In this document: positions 41,201 through 52,237 of the stretch, one piece after another
Layout: each line of letters opens with the position of its first letter
Position numbering within the stretch: position 1 is the stretch's first letter
From: Candidatus Gastranaerophilales bacterium
GTDB taxonomy: Bacteria > Cyanobacteriota > Vampirovibrionia > Gastranaerophilales > Gastranaerophilaceae
Assembly: GCA_944323705.1 (NCBI GenBank)
Contig: CALUTM010000002.1
Location: forward strand, 542-64,541
Length of the DNA: 64,000 nucleotides
Direction: 5' to 3'
Program-made: the position numbers and the translations under genes
The notes under the pieces: generated by a model
Database searches by the model: none
Told to the model about the DNA's origin: nothing
What the model saw: only the letters and a program-made list of their open reading frames with translations

Positions 41201-42445
41201 CTATAATTTTTTAACTATTTCTTCCAGGCAAATTTTTACGTGAGCGTAATTTAGTCCCCCCTGCATATAAGCTACATACGGTTCCCGCATAGGACCGTCT
41301 GCCGATAATTCAATTGTAGAGCCTTCAATAAAAGTCCCGCCTGCCATAATTACTTTATCCTCATATCCGGGGATGTATTCGGGAATCGGTGTCACATATC
41401 CGTTTACGGGAGAGAGGGATTGAATTGTCCTGCAAAATTCCTCTAAGTGTTCCGGTTTTCCGAAAATTATATTCTGTATAATATCCGTCCGCTTTTCATC
41501 ATATCTCGGGGCGGAATTAAATCCTATGTCTTCAAATACTTTTGCGGCAAGTATCGCACCTTTTACGGCGTCCGCCACTACGGAAGGTGCCATAAAAAGT
41601 CCTTGAAAAATCAATCTGTGTTGATTAAACATCGCACCGCCTTCCGAGCCTATTCCGGGTGCGGTCAGACGATTGGCGGAACGCTCGACAAGGAGTTCCT
41701 TACCCGCAATGTATCCTCCGGCTTCTACTATTCCGCCTCCCGGGTTTTTGATTAAAGAACCCGCGATTAAGTCGGCACCTACTTCTAAAGGCTCACGAGA
41801 ATCAACAAATTCGCCATAACAATTATCTACAAAACAAATACAGTTCGGGTTTTTAGATTTTACAATTTTACAAATTCTCTCAATAGTGTCCATTGATAAA
41901 GATTTTCTTGTAGAATACCCTTTTGAACGTTGTATCAAGACCATTGTAACGGTTTCATCAACCATTTCTTCGATTTTATCAAAGTCGATATCCGTTTCAT
42001 TAATCAAGGGGACTTCGTCGTACAAAACTCCGTTTCCGATAAGCGACGCTCTTTTGGTCTCCTCGTCCCCCGCAGTTCCGATTACTTCCTGCATTGTGTC
42101 GTAAGGAGTTCCGGCAACAGAGAGGAGCTTGTCGCCGTATTTTAAGTTTCCGAATAAAGCACAGGCAAGCGTATGCGTGCCGGAGGCAAAATGAATTCTG
42201 ACAAGAGCTTTTTCCGCACAAAAAACCTGTGCAAAGACCTTGTCAAGAACCTCTCTTCCTAAATCATCATGCCCGTAGCCCGACACCGTATAAAAATGTT
42301 CCGGGGCTACTTTATTATCAAAAAAGGCTTTCAGGACTTTTCTCTGGTTAAAGTCTCTTATATCATTTATCCCTTCAAACTGTTTTTCCAAAAACTTTTC
42401 GGCTTGTTTAAAATCATATTCCATAATACAAAAATCATATAGCAA
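41201..42445 (-). CDS. YnbB-like PLP-dependent protein (methionine gamma-lyase/aluminium resistance family)
   Basis: GYGHDDLGR, SGTH, IQRSKGY, FVDNCYGEF, AGSLIKNPGGG. Confidence 0.92.
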   Translation of the reverse strand: MLYDFCIMEYDFKQAEKFLEKQFEGINDIRDFNQRKVLKAFFDNKVAPEHFYTVSGYGHDDLGREVLDKVFAQVFCAEKALVRIHFASGTHTLACALFGNLKYGDKLLSVAGTPYDTMQEVIGTAGDEETKRASLIGNGVLYDEVPLINETDIDFDKIEEMVDETVTMVLIQRSKGYSTRKSLSMDTIERICKIVKSKNPNCICFVDNCYGEFVDSREPLEVGADLIAGSLIKNPGGGIVEAGGYIAGKELLVERSANRLTAPGIGSEGGAMFNQHRLIFQGLFMAPSVVADAVKGAILAAKVFEDIGFNSAPRYDEKRTDIIQNIIFGKPEHLEEFCRTIQSLSPVNGYVTPIPEYIPGYEDKVIMAGGTFIEGSTIELSADGPMREPYVAYMQGGLNYAHVKICLEEIVKKL

Positions 42446-42541
42446 GCAAGATTTATCGTCAAATGGGGTAAATAATCACCAAAGAGAGGAAGTTCTATAA
42501 TTGTAAATAATGTCTACAAGGCTGTACAAACCGAACTTTAT

Positions 42542-42706
42542 GTCATTGCGAGACGGATTAAGTCGAAGCAATCCAGCCTATTATAAACTTTAATTTTTGT
42601 GATTCGTTAGTAGTAGTTAAAAAAGTGACTAAGTGACTGGGTGAATAAGTGAGTAAGAAGTTAACATTTAAGAGATTCATCAGTCGCGTTGCTCCTTCTG
42701 AATGAC
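42542..42706 (+). repeat. Composite palindromic repeat, copy 2 (GTCATTGCGAG...GAATGAC)
   Basis: Outer GTCATT/AATGAC inverted ends; core 42627-42703 is 70/77 identical to 7531-7607. Confidence 0.85.
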
Positions 42707-42834
42707 GGAAAGTCTGCAAGGAAATTCTTCTGCTACATTTACCCCTATTTACCCCCCTTTTCAACCATGCAGACTAATCGGACGTTAAGCCTACAAACCT
42801 TATTTTCCCCCCCTGAATGACGAGAAAATTATGC

Positions 42835-45708
42835 TTACTGTTTGGTTAACTCCTGATACATTTTCATAAGTTCGGCGACGGTTTCGGATTCAGTGAACCA
42901 TCGGAGCTTACCGTTTTCATCCCGTTGTTTAAAACCGTAGGCTTCCATTACTGCCCTGTCGTTTTCCTGGTGTGCTTTTCTGAGTTCAACGGGCATTGTC
43001 AAATCGTCATACAAATCCGCAAGCGAACAATCGGGATACAATGCCCGTGCGTCTAAAATCCCCTGTGCAGTCTTTTCTATTTTTGCCTTCTGCTCATCTG
43101 TCGGACTGCACCACGGGAAGTTGTTGTAGACAATGTCTTTAGAATAACGATAATCACTTTTTAACCTTCCGCAAACAGCTCCTACCCAAGCCATGTGAAC
43201 ATTGGAAGTTAAAATACCCATTTCATATAATGTTGCATATTTTATAATGTGCACAGAATCACTACTTAAACTGTTATTAGCAAGAAAACCAATCGGAATA
43301 TATTTCCGTCTTTCCGAAGAAACTCTTGGTATTATTATATAGTCAGATTCAGGCATATTTTCCACATGGAATCTTGTAGGTTTATCCGCCAGTTTTCTCG
43401 TACCCTCGCTTTTGCTCAATAAACGCAGGTTTCTGACATTTTCAACTCTTTTTAAGCAATGCGGCATTTGTCTCAACTCCGCAGGAGAACAGTCTCCCAA
43501 CCATAGACAATAACGTGGTTTTTGATTAATAAATTCTTCAGCACCGTACCAAGGTTTAAAATATTGTTCGGATTTAGGTTCCCGTTTTATAAAATCAAGC
43601 ATTTCTTCACGGGTAAATAGGTAATTTCCGCCGTCAATTGGTTTATTGCCTATTCCTATTTCAGGTACATTACATAATGGCTTATTGCGGCTTTCTATAA
43701 ATACATCAGGTGCATCAATCAGGTAAGCGTTAATATTATCAACAATTTGCATACGCTCATTTGAGTACAGTTTTTTGTGTCCGTCATTTGCTACATAACT
43801 AAACCCGACAATTACACAGTGGACATGAGCTTTAGAATTTGATTCACTGTCCCATCTGAATGTTTTGTGTGCATAATTAATACTTATTCCCTGCTCAAAC
43901 AAAGGCTTCCATAATATTGGCACCTGCTCGCCTTGTGTTATCGAGTTTGTGGAAACAAGAGCGGTTTTTATGTCATGCTGAACTTGTTTCAGCATCTGTG
44001 GTTGGACAGACCCTGAAATAAATTCAGGGTGACATGATGCGTACATAAGTTGTGAAGCTTTAAAATACCAACAGGAGACATAATCAAGGTTCCCTGCATT
44101 TTTCCATTTGGTACCAAAAATATTAAACAAATCTTCTTTTTGAGCCGGAGACATCAGCCTTGCACCAACAAACGGCGGGTTGCCCATAATATAATTGCAT
44201 TTATCCCTCGGGATTACGTCCTCCCAATCAATCCGCAAGGCGTTAGCCTCTACTATATTTGCGTATGTTTTGAGCGGGAGAAAATCCAAATCCATGTGGA
44301 CAATATCTTCCGTCTTTTTCATCATTTGGGATTCGGCTATCCAGAGAGCGGTTTTTGCAACAGTTACCGCAAAATCATTGATTTCTATCCCGTAAAACTG
44401 TCCGATTGAAACTTTTATGGGGTTTGTGACCGCACCCATGGTAATCTGACCGCGGTAAAGCTCATATAAAATCTCGTTTTCAAGTTTTCTTAATGAAATA
44501 TACGTTTCCGTCAAAAAGTTTCCGCTTCCGCAGGCGGGGTCTAAAAAGTTCAGATTTGCAATTTTTGTTTGAAATTCAATCAACTTTTTATCATATTCTT
44601 TAAGAAGTTTTTTGCTTTGAATTACATTCTTAAACTCATTTTTTATCGCTTCAAATTCTTCATTAAGTTCGTCCATAAACAACGGGTCGATTACTTTATG
44701 GATATTCTCGATTGAAGTATAGTGCATACCGCCTTTTCTTCTGGTCTCGGGGTTAAGGGTGCTTTCAAATACCGCACCGAAAATTGTAGGGCTTATGTCC
44801 GACCAGTCAAAATCCGCACTTGCTTTATTAAGGAGCAAATCTCTGATTTCGTCGGTAAAATTAGGGATTTCAATATGTTCATTTGCAAACAGCCCGCCGT
44901 TTACGTAAGGAAATTCCGCAAGCTCGGGTTCCATATACGGGTCGCGGTCTTGGGGTTTGGTATTCAGGACTTCAAATAATTCAATCAATCCTTTTCGCAT
45001 TCTTCCCGTTTCAAAACGTGACAGGTAATCTAAAAACATATTATGTTTGGGGAAAATTCCCGCATCTTCAGCATAGAGACAGAAAACAAGTCTTACGCAG
45101 AGAATATTCAAACTTTTCAATGTTTCTTCGGAAGTTTTGTCTATATATCTGTCTAAAAATGCGTCATAAAGCAGCCCTACAATATCACCTGCCTTAACGG
45201 AAACTTCCATTTCTTTTTTGAGGTGTTCGCTTCCCTGATTAATCAAAAAATCAAGCCGGTAATATTCTTTTTCCAAATCTTTGAGAAGAATTTCCTGCGG
45301 TTCACCGTTCGGGCGTTCCATATCGTAAACACAAAACTTTTGAAAATTGCATGTTACAACCCACCTGGGGTGCTGTGATACGGGAAGCTCCGTTATGTAT
45401 CTTTTTGCCTGCTGAAACGGATTTAAATAACTTCCGTCCGATTGCTTGATAGCTTTATACAAATCCTTATCGGAACTTTTTTGTTCAATCAAAACTTTTG
45501 TTGAGGGAATATACGCGTCAATAAAACTCGTATGGTCAAGGTGAACTTTATCTTCAAAAGAAATAAACTGTTCCGCATGCTCAACACCCAAAACATCATG
45601 CAATAAGGAAATCCAGTACTTTTGGCTCTCACCTTTTTCGTAACCTTTGTCCTGCCAGTATTCAATAAAATCTTTTATTTCGCTTCTCTGTAATGTTTTC
45701 ATCATCAC
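42835..45708 (-). CDS. MmeI-family Type IIL restriction-modification enzyme (nuclease + N6-adenine MTase + TRD)
   Basis: FIDAYIP...LIEQKS PD-(D/E)XK, NGGLF, FLDPACGSGNF, MGNPPF, STNSITQGEQV, C-terminal LADLYD...LRKAH. Confidence 0.92.
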   Translation of the reverse strand: MMMKTLQRSEIKDFIEYWQDKGYEKGESQKYWISLLHDVLGVEHAEQFISFEDKVHLDHTSFIDAYIPSTKVLIEQKSSDKDLYKAIKQSDGSYLNPFQQAKRYITELPVSQHPRWVVTCNFQKFCVYDMERPNGEPQEILLKDLEKEYYRLDFLINQGSEHLKKEMEVSVKAGDIVGLLYDAFLDRYIDKTSEETLKSLNILCVRLVFCLYAEDAGIFPKHNMFLDYLSRFETGRMRKGLIELFEVLNTKPQDRDPYMEPELAEFPYVNGGLFANEHIEIPNFTDEIRDLLLNKASADFDWSDISPTIFGAVFESTLNPETRRKGGMHYTSIENIHKVIDPLFMDELNEEFEAIKNEFKNVIQSKKLLKEYDKKLIEFQTKIANLNFLDPACGSGNFLTETYISLRKLENEILYELYRGQITMGAVTNPIKVSIGQFYGIEINDFAVTVAKTALWIAESQMMKKTEDIVHMDLDFLPLKTYANIVEANALRIDWEDVIPRDKCNYIMGNPPFVGARLMSPAQKEDLFNIFGTKWKNAGNLDYVSCWYFKASQLMYASCHPEFISGSVQPQMLKQVQHDIKTALVSTNSITQGEQVPILWKPLFEQGISINYAHKTFRWDSESNSKAHVHCVIVGFSYVANDGHKKLYSNERMQIVDNINAYLIDAPDVFIESRNKPLCNVPEIGIGNKPIDGGNYLFTREEMLDFIKREPKSEQYFKPWYGAEEFINQKPRYCLWLGDCSPAELRQMPHCLKRVENVRNLRLLSKSEGTRKLADKPTRFHVENMPESDYIIIPRVSSERRKYIPIGFLANNSLSSDSVHIIKYATLYEMGILTSNVHMAWVGAVCGRLKSDYRYSKDIVYNNFPWCSPTDEQKAKIEKTAQGILDARALYPDCSLADLYDDLTMPVELRKAHQENDRAVMEAYGFKQRDENGKLRWFTESETVAELMKMYQELTKQ
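43970..44035. repeat. Double-hairpin palindromic element inserted in-frame in the RM gene
   Basis: ATGTCA-TGCTGAACTTGTTTCAGCA-TCT..AGA-CCCTGAAATAAATTCAGGG-TGACAT; encodes CHPEFISGSVQPQMLKQVQHD. Confidence 0.88.
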
Positions 45709-45832
45709 ACAAACTCCTGTTATTATTTAAATTATAACAGGATAAATAACTTATGTCGAACGGTTAAAAGCAACAATTAAGTCATATCTTATCGGGCGAT
45801 GTTTTTATTTATAATGCATATTATTTTGTAGT

Positions 45833-46534
45833 ATGAAAAAAATCCTGTGCTTGCTTCTTTTCGTTATAATTCCTGTATTTGCATACGAAGTTTATACTCC
45901 CGAGAACTATAATTACAAAAACAGCGAAGATAAACTTCTGTTCGTTGTAGATTATTCAAACAGTATGGGAGAATATTTGGAACACAAAACAAAAGCAAAT
46001 CAGGTGAAAGACATGATGAATTACATACTTCCCCGCATTTCGCCTTCAACCAAAGTCGGAATGCGAGTTTACGGACATACCTGCAATCTTCTTGCATATA
46101 ACGCTTGCAGAAGCTCCGAACTCGTAGTACCGCTCAATTTTGCAAACTCTTCGGCAATCCTTTCCAAAATGGAAAAACTCAGACCGAGAGGAATGACCCC
46201 GATTACGTATTCGCTCAAGCAGGCAGTCAAGGACGATTTAGACGGATATGAAGGTATAAAACACATAATTCTGCTTACTGACGGCGGAGAAAACTGCGAC
46301 GAAAGCCCGTGTGATTATTCGATAGAACTCGTCAAAAAACGAAGAGACATTAAAATCGACGTAATTGCATTCAATGTCCGTGACGAAGACGACTTAGCCC
46401 AACTTAAATGCACCGCGGACGTAACAGGAGGGAAATTTTCCGAAGCAAATACAAAGGCACAACTTTTCCGCTCAATGGAAGAAATGATTTTACCGCACAA
46501 AAGCGTCGAAGCGGTTATTTATGAAAGTCAATAA
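45833..46534 (+). CDS. Secreted vWA domain protein
   Basis: Signal peptide, DYSNS MIDAS, GMTP, LLTDG. Confidence 0.88.
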   Translation: MKKILCLLLFVIIPVFAYEVYTPENYNYKNSEDKLLFVVDYSNSMGEYLEHKTKANQVKDMMNYILPRISPSTKVGMRVYGHTCNLLAYNACRSSELVVPLNFANSSAILSKMEKLRPRGMTPITYSLKQAVKDDLDGYEGIKHIILLTDGGENCDESPCDYSIELVKKRRDIKIDVIAFNVRDEDDLAQLKCTADVTGGKFSEANTKAQLFRSMEEMILPHKSVEAVIYESQ

Positions 46535-46535
46535 T

Positions 46536-47156
46536 TTAGTTTTCAAGACTCTCTTTTATATTCTTGAGCTTTACATTCAAATCTTCTCTGAGTTTATTTT
46601 TCAAACTATCCATCTGTTGTATTAATTCTTCTTCTCTTTTTTCAAGTAAAGCCGACTCGGCTTCTTCAGCCTTATATTTATTAAAATCTTTATTATACAT
46701 TTTGCAAAAATTTCGCATTTTGCTTATATAAGCATCCGTAAGATTTTTCTTTTGTGAATTGTATAAAAGCTCTAAATGTACTCCTTCAATATCTTTTACT
46801 AACCCTAAGGATTTTTGCGGTATCAACTGCCCCAGAAGATAAGAAAGTGCGGGCAAAAACGGCATATCAGTTGTTTGTAACAAATACGGCTTTTTATCAG
46901 CAGTAATAAAAACCCGCTCTTTACCCGGCTTTTCTGCCGCTTTAACCGTATTAATTTCGATAATTTTACCTGCCCTGTCTTTTAATATTGAATCCAACCC
47001 CAAAATAACTTTTGGAGCTGTAAGAGAGAAATGCGAATTCTTACCGTTAACTTCGGCGGCTGCTTCCGTAAGAATCCTTTGCATACATTGATTATTTTTG
47101 ATTTTAGATTGAAAATTTACACATTGATTTATATTATTCTGAACCTTCATTTTCAT
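46536..47156 (-). CDS. Hypothetical protein with VNFQS leader and coiled-coil C-terminus
   Basis: AAAGG RBS before ATG 47156; MKMKVQNNINQCVNFQS. Confidence 0.7.
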   Translation of the reverse strand: MKMKVQNNINQCVNFQSKIKNNQCMQRILTEAAAEVNGKNSHFSLTAPKVILGLDSILKDRAGKIIEINTVKAAEKPGKERVFITADKKPYLLQTTDMPFLPALSYLLGQLIPQKSLGLVKDIEGVHLELLYNSQKKNLTDAYISKMRNFCKMYNKDFNKYKAEEAESALLEKREEELIQQMDSLKNKLREDLNVKLKNIKESLEN

Positions 47157-47197
47157 GCCTTTCTTTATTGCATGAAAACAGGTCAAAAATAAATTTG

Positions 47198-47452
47198 CTA
47201 TTTAACAAGAGTAGAGATAAATCTGATAGAGTCGTCTTTTAATTCTCTTACAAAATCTATGGCAATTTTAGAGAGAGGTCTGTTGTCGATTTTGTCAAAT
47301 ATTGCATATATCGGGTCTCCGCCGTTGTTGAATCTCATCTGACGGTCTTGTTTATTCAAATAATAAAAATGATAGTTTTCAGGAATTTCCAAGGCTCCTG
47401 CCGGTTTTTTATTTCTTTCGATTGCGTCTTGTATTGCTGCCATTTTGTTCAC
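47198..47452 (-). CDS. Small hypothetical protein (84 aa)
   Basis: GAGAG RBS, co-oriented with the downstream ORF, plausible protein composition. Confidence 0.6.
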   Translation of the reverse strand: MNKMAAIQDAIERNKKPAGALEIPENYHFYYLNKQDRQMRFNNGGDPIYAIFDKIDNRPLSKIAIDFVRELKDDSIRFISTLVK

Positions 47453-47619
47453 TCTCTCTTGTTTAATTATCTCTTACATATATATAAAGTATATTCGTTT
47501 CAAAAAATTGCCTTTTTTCTTCCTTTTTGTTAAGAAATGTAAAGATGAATTTATTTTTCCTGCCAAAAATTAATAATAGTACACAATTATAAAACGGGTA
47601 AATGTTGTATAATTAGTTT

Positions 47620-49977
47620 ATGGATAATCTTGAACAGATTAAAAAAGCCATAGAAATTGAGGTTAAATATAAGTATATAAATATTGACGGGAAAACAAGG
47701 AGTTTTTCGTCTTTCATTTGTTCGGAACTCAGGCGGGAGATAAAGGCTTCCAAAAATCCTAAATGGAAAGTCTTGTTGGAGCATTTTGAGCGTTATCAAA
47801 CGGATACGCTTCCGCAGAGAAAAAAAACACTGGAAAGGCTGGTAAATGCAATAAAAGCGGATATGGCACCTCAGGCGGACGTAAAGCAAAATATCACGTT
47901 AAAATCCGATGTAATGTACCTGAAGGGAATCGGTCCGAAAATTGCTTATATTTTGAATAAAATGGGGATTTACACCGTTTCGGATTTACTGTACTATTTT
48001 CCCCGCAAACACGTTGATTATTCAACAAGAACGCGTATACGAGACCTGGAAGTCGGTGAGACTACAACTATTTTCGGTACCATTAAATCCGTAGAAGCCT
48101 TTACCACAAAAAACAATCTCGGAGTTGTAAAAGTCAGGATTAATGACGGTTCGGGGAGTATAAATCTGAATTTCTTTTCATCAAAGACAAACAAATACAC
48201 TCTTGAGCGGATGAAAGCACAATTCCCCCGGGGTGCGGGCATAATGGTCTCAGGTATGGTAAAGTTAAACAGCTACGACGGTATGCTCACTCTTGATAAG
48301 CCCACATATTCAATAATGGAGGATGATATCTTAAACCCCGCAAATATTAATCTTGCAAGAATTGTTCCGATTTATCCGTTAAGCGAAAATCTTAATATAA
48401 AAACACTAAGAAAGGCTATTTTCAATACAATACAACTGTTCAAGCCGGAAATTGAAAGCGTGCTTCCTCAGTATATTATGGAAAAATATAACCTCCTTGA
48501 AAAACGCGATGCCATTGAGAATATTCATTTCCCGAAAGACAAGGAAATGTTAGACAGAGCAAGGTATACGCTCGTTTTTGAGGAATTATTCTTAATCCAA
48601 TTAAGACTTGCACTTTTAAGGGAAGAAAATAATAAGCATCTTTTATCCATCCCGTTGGAGATTAAGAGAGACGGTCTTGTAATGAAGTTTATCCATTCTC
48701 TCCCGTTTGAATTAACTTCCGCTCAAAAGCGTGCGATAAACGAGATTTTAAACGATTTAAACTCCACAAAACCTATGCAAAGACTTTTACAAGGAGACGT
48801 CGGAAGCGGAAAGACCGTTGTTGCGACAATTATGCTTCTTGCCGCAATAGAAAACGGCTATCAGGCTGCGATTATGGCTCCGACGGAAATCCTTGCACGT
48901 CAGCATTATAATAACCTTGTAAACTGGCTTACTCCGTTAGGATTAAAGGTGGAATTACTCATCGGAAGTATAGGCAAAAAGCAACGCAGAGAGTCCGAAA
49001 CCAACTTGATAAACGGGCAGGCACATATTGCCGTCGGAACACACGCTCTTATACAAGAGGGAGTAAATTTTGCCAACCTTGGGGCGGTTGTTATTGATGA
49101 GCAGCACAGATTTGGGGTTAAGCAAAGACTTGCCTTAAGAAAAAAATCTCAAAACCCGCAGGTGCTTACGATGACTGCTACACCAATCCCGAGAACGCTT
49201 GCAATAACTTTGAACGGAGATTTGGATTTAACGGTAATAGATGAACTGCCAAAGGGAAGAAAACCTATTATAACCACAATGACAAATTCAAGGCGTAAAA
49301 TAGCGGAATTAATAAGAAGAGAGGTAGAAGCAGGGCGGCAGGCTTATATTGTTTATCCCCTGATTGATGAGAGCGAAACATTATCGGCAAAAGCGGCAGC
49401 GATTGAAAAAGAAAAATGGCAAAACGAAGTTTTCCCCGAATTCAGAGTCGGGCTGCTCCATGGAAAGTTAAAGAATGACGAAAAAGACGACGTTATGGAA
49501 AAATTCAAGAACAAAGAATACGATATCCTTGTATCTACTACCGTTGTGGAAGTCGGAGTCGATGTGCCGGATGCAACGGTTATTGTAATAGAAAATGCTG
49601 AGCGTTTCGGGCTTTCACAGCTTCATCAGCTTCGCGGGCGTGTCGGCAGGAGTGAATTGCAATCTTACTGTATTTTATCATCTTCGACAAAATCACAGGA
49701 GACAAGAGCAAGACTTGATATAATGACACAAACCAACGACGGATTTGTAATTGCGGAAAAAGATTTACAAATCAGAGGTCCGGGAGAATTTCTCGGGACT
49801 CGTCAGAGCGGATTACCTGATATGCTTATTGCGGACATAGTAGGTGATGCACAGATTTTAGAACAGGCACGGGCAGAAGCGATAAACTTTGTGAAAAACA
49901 ACGACATCAATGATTATCCGCTCTTAAGAGATGCAAAAGGACTAAATTTTGAAGGGGACATTTTTGGTGCGGGATAA
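47620..49977 (+). CDS. recG: ATP-dependent DNA helicase RecG
   Basis: QGDVGSGKT, IDEQHRFGV, MTATPIPR, LHQLRGRVGR, RGPGE; cyanobacterial-like N-terminal extension. Confidence 0.97.
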   Translation: MDNLEQIKKAIEIEVKYKYINIDGKTRSFSSFICSELRREIKASKNPKWKVLLEHFERYQTDTLPQRKKTLERLVNAIKADMAPQADVKQNITLKSDVMYLKGIGPKIAYILNKMGIYTVSDLLYYFPRKHVDYSTRTRIRDLEVGETTTIFGTIKSVEAFTTKNNLGVVKVRINDGSGSINLNFFSSKTNKYTLERMKAQFPRGAGIMVSGMVKLNSYDGMLTLDKPTYSIMEDDILNPANINLARIVPIYPLSENLNIKTLRKAIFNTIQLFKPEIESVLPQYIMEKYNLLEKRDAIENIHFPKDKEMLDRARYTLVFEELFLIQLRLALLREENNKHLLSIPLEIKRDGLVMKFIHSLPFELTSAQKRAINEILNDLNSTKPMQRLLQGDVGSGKTVVATIMLLAAIENGYQAAIMAPTEILARQHYNNLVNWLTPLGLKVELLIGSIGKKQRRESETNLINGQAHIAVGTHALIQEGVNFANLGAVVIDEQHRFGVKQRLALRKKSQNPQVLTMTATPIPRTLAITLNGDLDLTVIDELPKGRKPIITTMTNSRRKIAELIRREVEAGRQAYIVYPLIDESETLSAKAAAIEKEKWQNEVFPEFRVGLLHGKLKNDEKDDVMEKFKNKEYDILVSTTVVEVGVDVPDATVIVIENAERFGLSQLHQLRGRVGRSELQSYCILSSSTKSQETRARLDIMTQTNDGFVIAEKDLQIRGPGEFLGTRQSGLPDMLIADIVGDAQILEQARAEAINFVKNNDINDYPLLRDAKGLNFEGDIFGAG

Positions 49978-50068
49978 AATGTTTTTCGGTCATTTTTTAA
50001 GATTTGTAATTTTATTTTGTGTATTTTAAAATATAAGTGTAATTAAGACACTAGACGGGAATGTGAAA

Positions 50069-51859
50069 ATGACCAAAAATATAAGAAACATAGCAATAAT
50101 AGCACACGTAGACCACGGAAAAACAACGCTTGTTGACTGTATGCTCAAGCAAAGCGGCGTATTCAGAGAAAACCAACAGGTTCAGGAACGTGTACTGGAC
50201 AGTAACGACCTTGAGCGGGAAAGAGGGATTACCATTCTTTCCAAAAACATATCCGTAACTTACAAGGGAGTCAAAATCAATGTTGTTGATACTCCCGGAC
50301 ACGCGGATTTTGGCGGAGAAGTGGAACGTGTTCTCGGAATGGTCGACGGAGCACTTTTGATTGTGGATGCGGCGGAAGGTCCGATGCCTCAGACAAGATT
50401 TGTGCTTTCAAAAGCTTTAGAGCTCGGAATTAAAATTATTGTCGTAATAAATAAGATTGATAAACCCGCTGCGGACCCGGACGGTACTTTGGATAAGGTA
50501 TTCAACTTATTCACGGAACTTACCGACAGAGAGGATTTAATAGATTTTCCGTATATATATGCAAGCAGCCTGAACGGATTTGCAATAAGGCATCTTGATG
50601 ACGAGAGAAAAGACATAACACCGCTTTTAGACTGCATTTTGGAAAATATTCAGGAACCTTCCGGCGACAGTACAAAACCGTTCCAGTTCAGAGCAACAAC
50701 TCTGGATTACAATGAATACGTAGGAAGAATTGTTATCGGGCGTATTGCAAACGGGATTGTGCATTCGCAAGAACAAGTTGCCTGGATTAATGCCGCAGGA
50801 GAAGTCTCAAGAGGAAAAATTACCAAGCTTTTCGGCTTTAAGGATCTCGGAAGGGTCGAAATTGACTCTGCCGAAGCGGGTGACATTGTAGGTATTGCAG
50901 GATTTTCAGACATTCACATCGGGGAAACCCTGTGTGACGTTAATCATATTGAAGCCCTACCGCTAATCAAAGTTGATGAGCCTACGCTGCAAATGAATTT
51001 TTCGGTAAATGACAGCCCGTTTGCAGGTCAGGAAGGCAAATTCGTAACTTCAAGACAGTTGAGAAAGAGGCTCTACGACGAATTGGAAAAGAATGTCAGT
51101 TTGAGAGTAGAAGATACAGATTCTACCGACTGTTTTAAAGTCAGCGGCAGAGGCGAACTCCACCTCGGTATTCTTATAGAGACAATGCGCAGAGAAGGTT
51201 ACGAATTTCAGGTTTCCAAACCTGAAGTTATATTCAAAGGCGAAGGCGAAAATCTTCAAGAACCCTTTGAGGATTTACTTATAGATGTACCTGAAGAATA
51301 TGCGGGCTCTTGCATTGACAAACTTTCAGGCAGAAAAGCCGTAATGAAAGAGATGCAAAATGCAAACGGCAGAACAAATATGAAATTTTCAATCCCTGCA
51401 AGAGGCTTAATAGGCTTTAGAACAGAATTTATCCGCATGACAAGAGGGGAAGGAATAATGTATCATACCTTCGATGAATACAAGCCTTACGCAGGAGATA
51501 TCCCCAAACAAAGATGCGGTTCAATCCTTGCACACGAACAGGGCGAAGCTATTCCTTACGCACTTGCTCAGTTCGAAGACAGGGGAGTTTTCTTTGTGAC
51601 TCCAAAAACTAAAGTATACAGAGGAATGATTATAGGTGAAGGAAACAGGCCGCAGGATATTGTGGTAAATATCTGCAAGACCAAAAAACTAACCAATATG
51701 AGAAGTGCTACCGCTGATGTTATGGTAACTCTTCAGGCACATAAAGAACTCTCTCTTGAAGATTGTCTTGAATATATCGGTGACGATGAGCTTGTGGAAA
51801 TTACACCCGAAAATATCAGAATGAGAAAACGGGATTTGGTTAAATTTAAAAGCATATAA
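50069..51859 (+). CDS. typA: Translational GTPase TypA/BipA
   Basis: [36 protein letters not shown]. Confidence 0.98.
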   Translation: MTKNIRNIAIIAHVDHGKTTLVDCMLKQSGVFRENQQVQERVLDSNDLERERGITILSKNISVTYKGVKINVVDTPGHADFGGEVERVLGMVDGALLIVDAAEGPMPQTRFVLSKALELGIKIIVVINKIDKPAADPDGTLDKVFNLFTELTDREDLIDFPYIYASSLNGFAIRHLDDERKDITPLLDCILENIQEPSGDSTKPFQFRATTLDYNEYVGRIVIGRIANGIVHSQEQVAWINAAGEVSRGKITKLFGFKDLGRVEIDSAEAGDIVGIAGFSDIHIGETLCDVNHIEALPLIKVDEPTLQMNFSVNDSPFAGQEGKFVTSRQLRKRLYDELEKNVSLRVEDTDSTDCFKVSGRGELHLGILIETMRREGYEFQVSKPEVIFKGEGENLQEPFEDLLIDVPEEYAGSCIDKLSGRKAVMKEMQNANGRTNMKFSIPARGLIGFRTEFIRMTRGEGIMYHTFDEYKPYAGDIPKQRCGSILAHEQGEAIPYALAQFEDRGVFFVTPKTKVYRGMIIGEGNRPQDIVVNICKTKKLTNMRSATADVMVTLQAHKELSLEDCLEYIGDDELVEITPENIRMRKRDLVKFKSI

Positions 51860-51862
51860 CGA

Positions 51863-52237
51863 CTACAAATTTTTATTTATAAGTATTTCAAACTTATTAA
51901 GGATTTCGTCTCCTATAACATGCTCTATCTTGCAGGCAGTTTCTTCTGCAAGTTCGTGGTTGACTCCGAGAATTTTTTCAAAAAACAAAGACAAAACCTG
52001 ATGTTTTTTAACAATTTCCTTCGCCTTTTTAATCCCTTCTTCAGTTATGGAAAGCGTTCCGTAGTGACCGTAATTGATAAGTCCCGCCTGCTCAAGCCGC
52101 TGCAAAGCCTCAGTCACAGATGCTCTGGAAACATTTAACTTCCGCGAAACATCGATTGCCTTGACCTTATTTTGAGCAAGATAAATATTGTATACAGCCT
52201 CAATGTAATCCTCTAAACTTGAAGAGATTTCAGCCAT
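51863..52237 (-). CDS. DtxR/MntR family metal-dependent regulator
   Basis: SLEDY, VSRASVT, ACKIEH; AGGAGG RBS; no FeoA domain. Confidence 0.9.
   Translation of the reverse strand: MAEISSSLEDYIEAVYNIYLAQNKVKAIDVSRKLNVSRASVTEALQRLEQAGLINYGHYGTLSITEEGIKKAKEIVKKHQVLSLFFEKILGVNHELAEETACKIEHVIGDEILNKFEILINKNL

Noticed and set aside
42558-42764. 68-aa minus ORF in the repeat mosaic
   Set aside because: Translation of repeat DNA with no RBS or domain.
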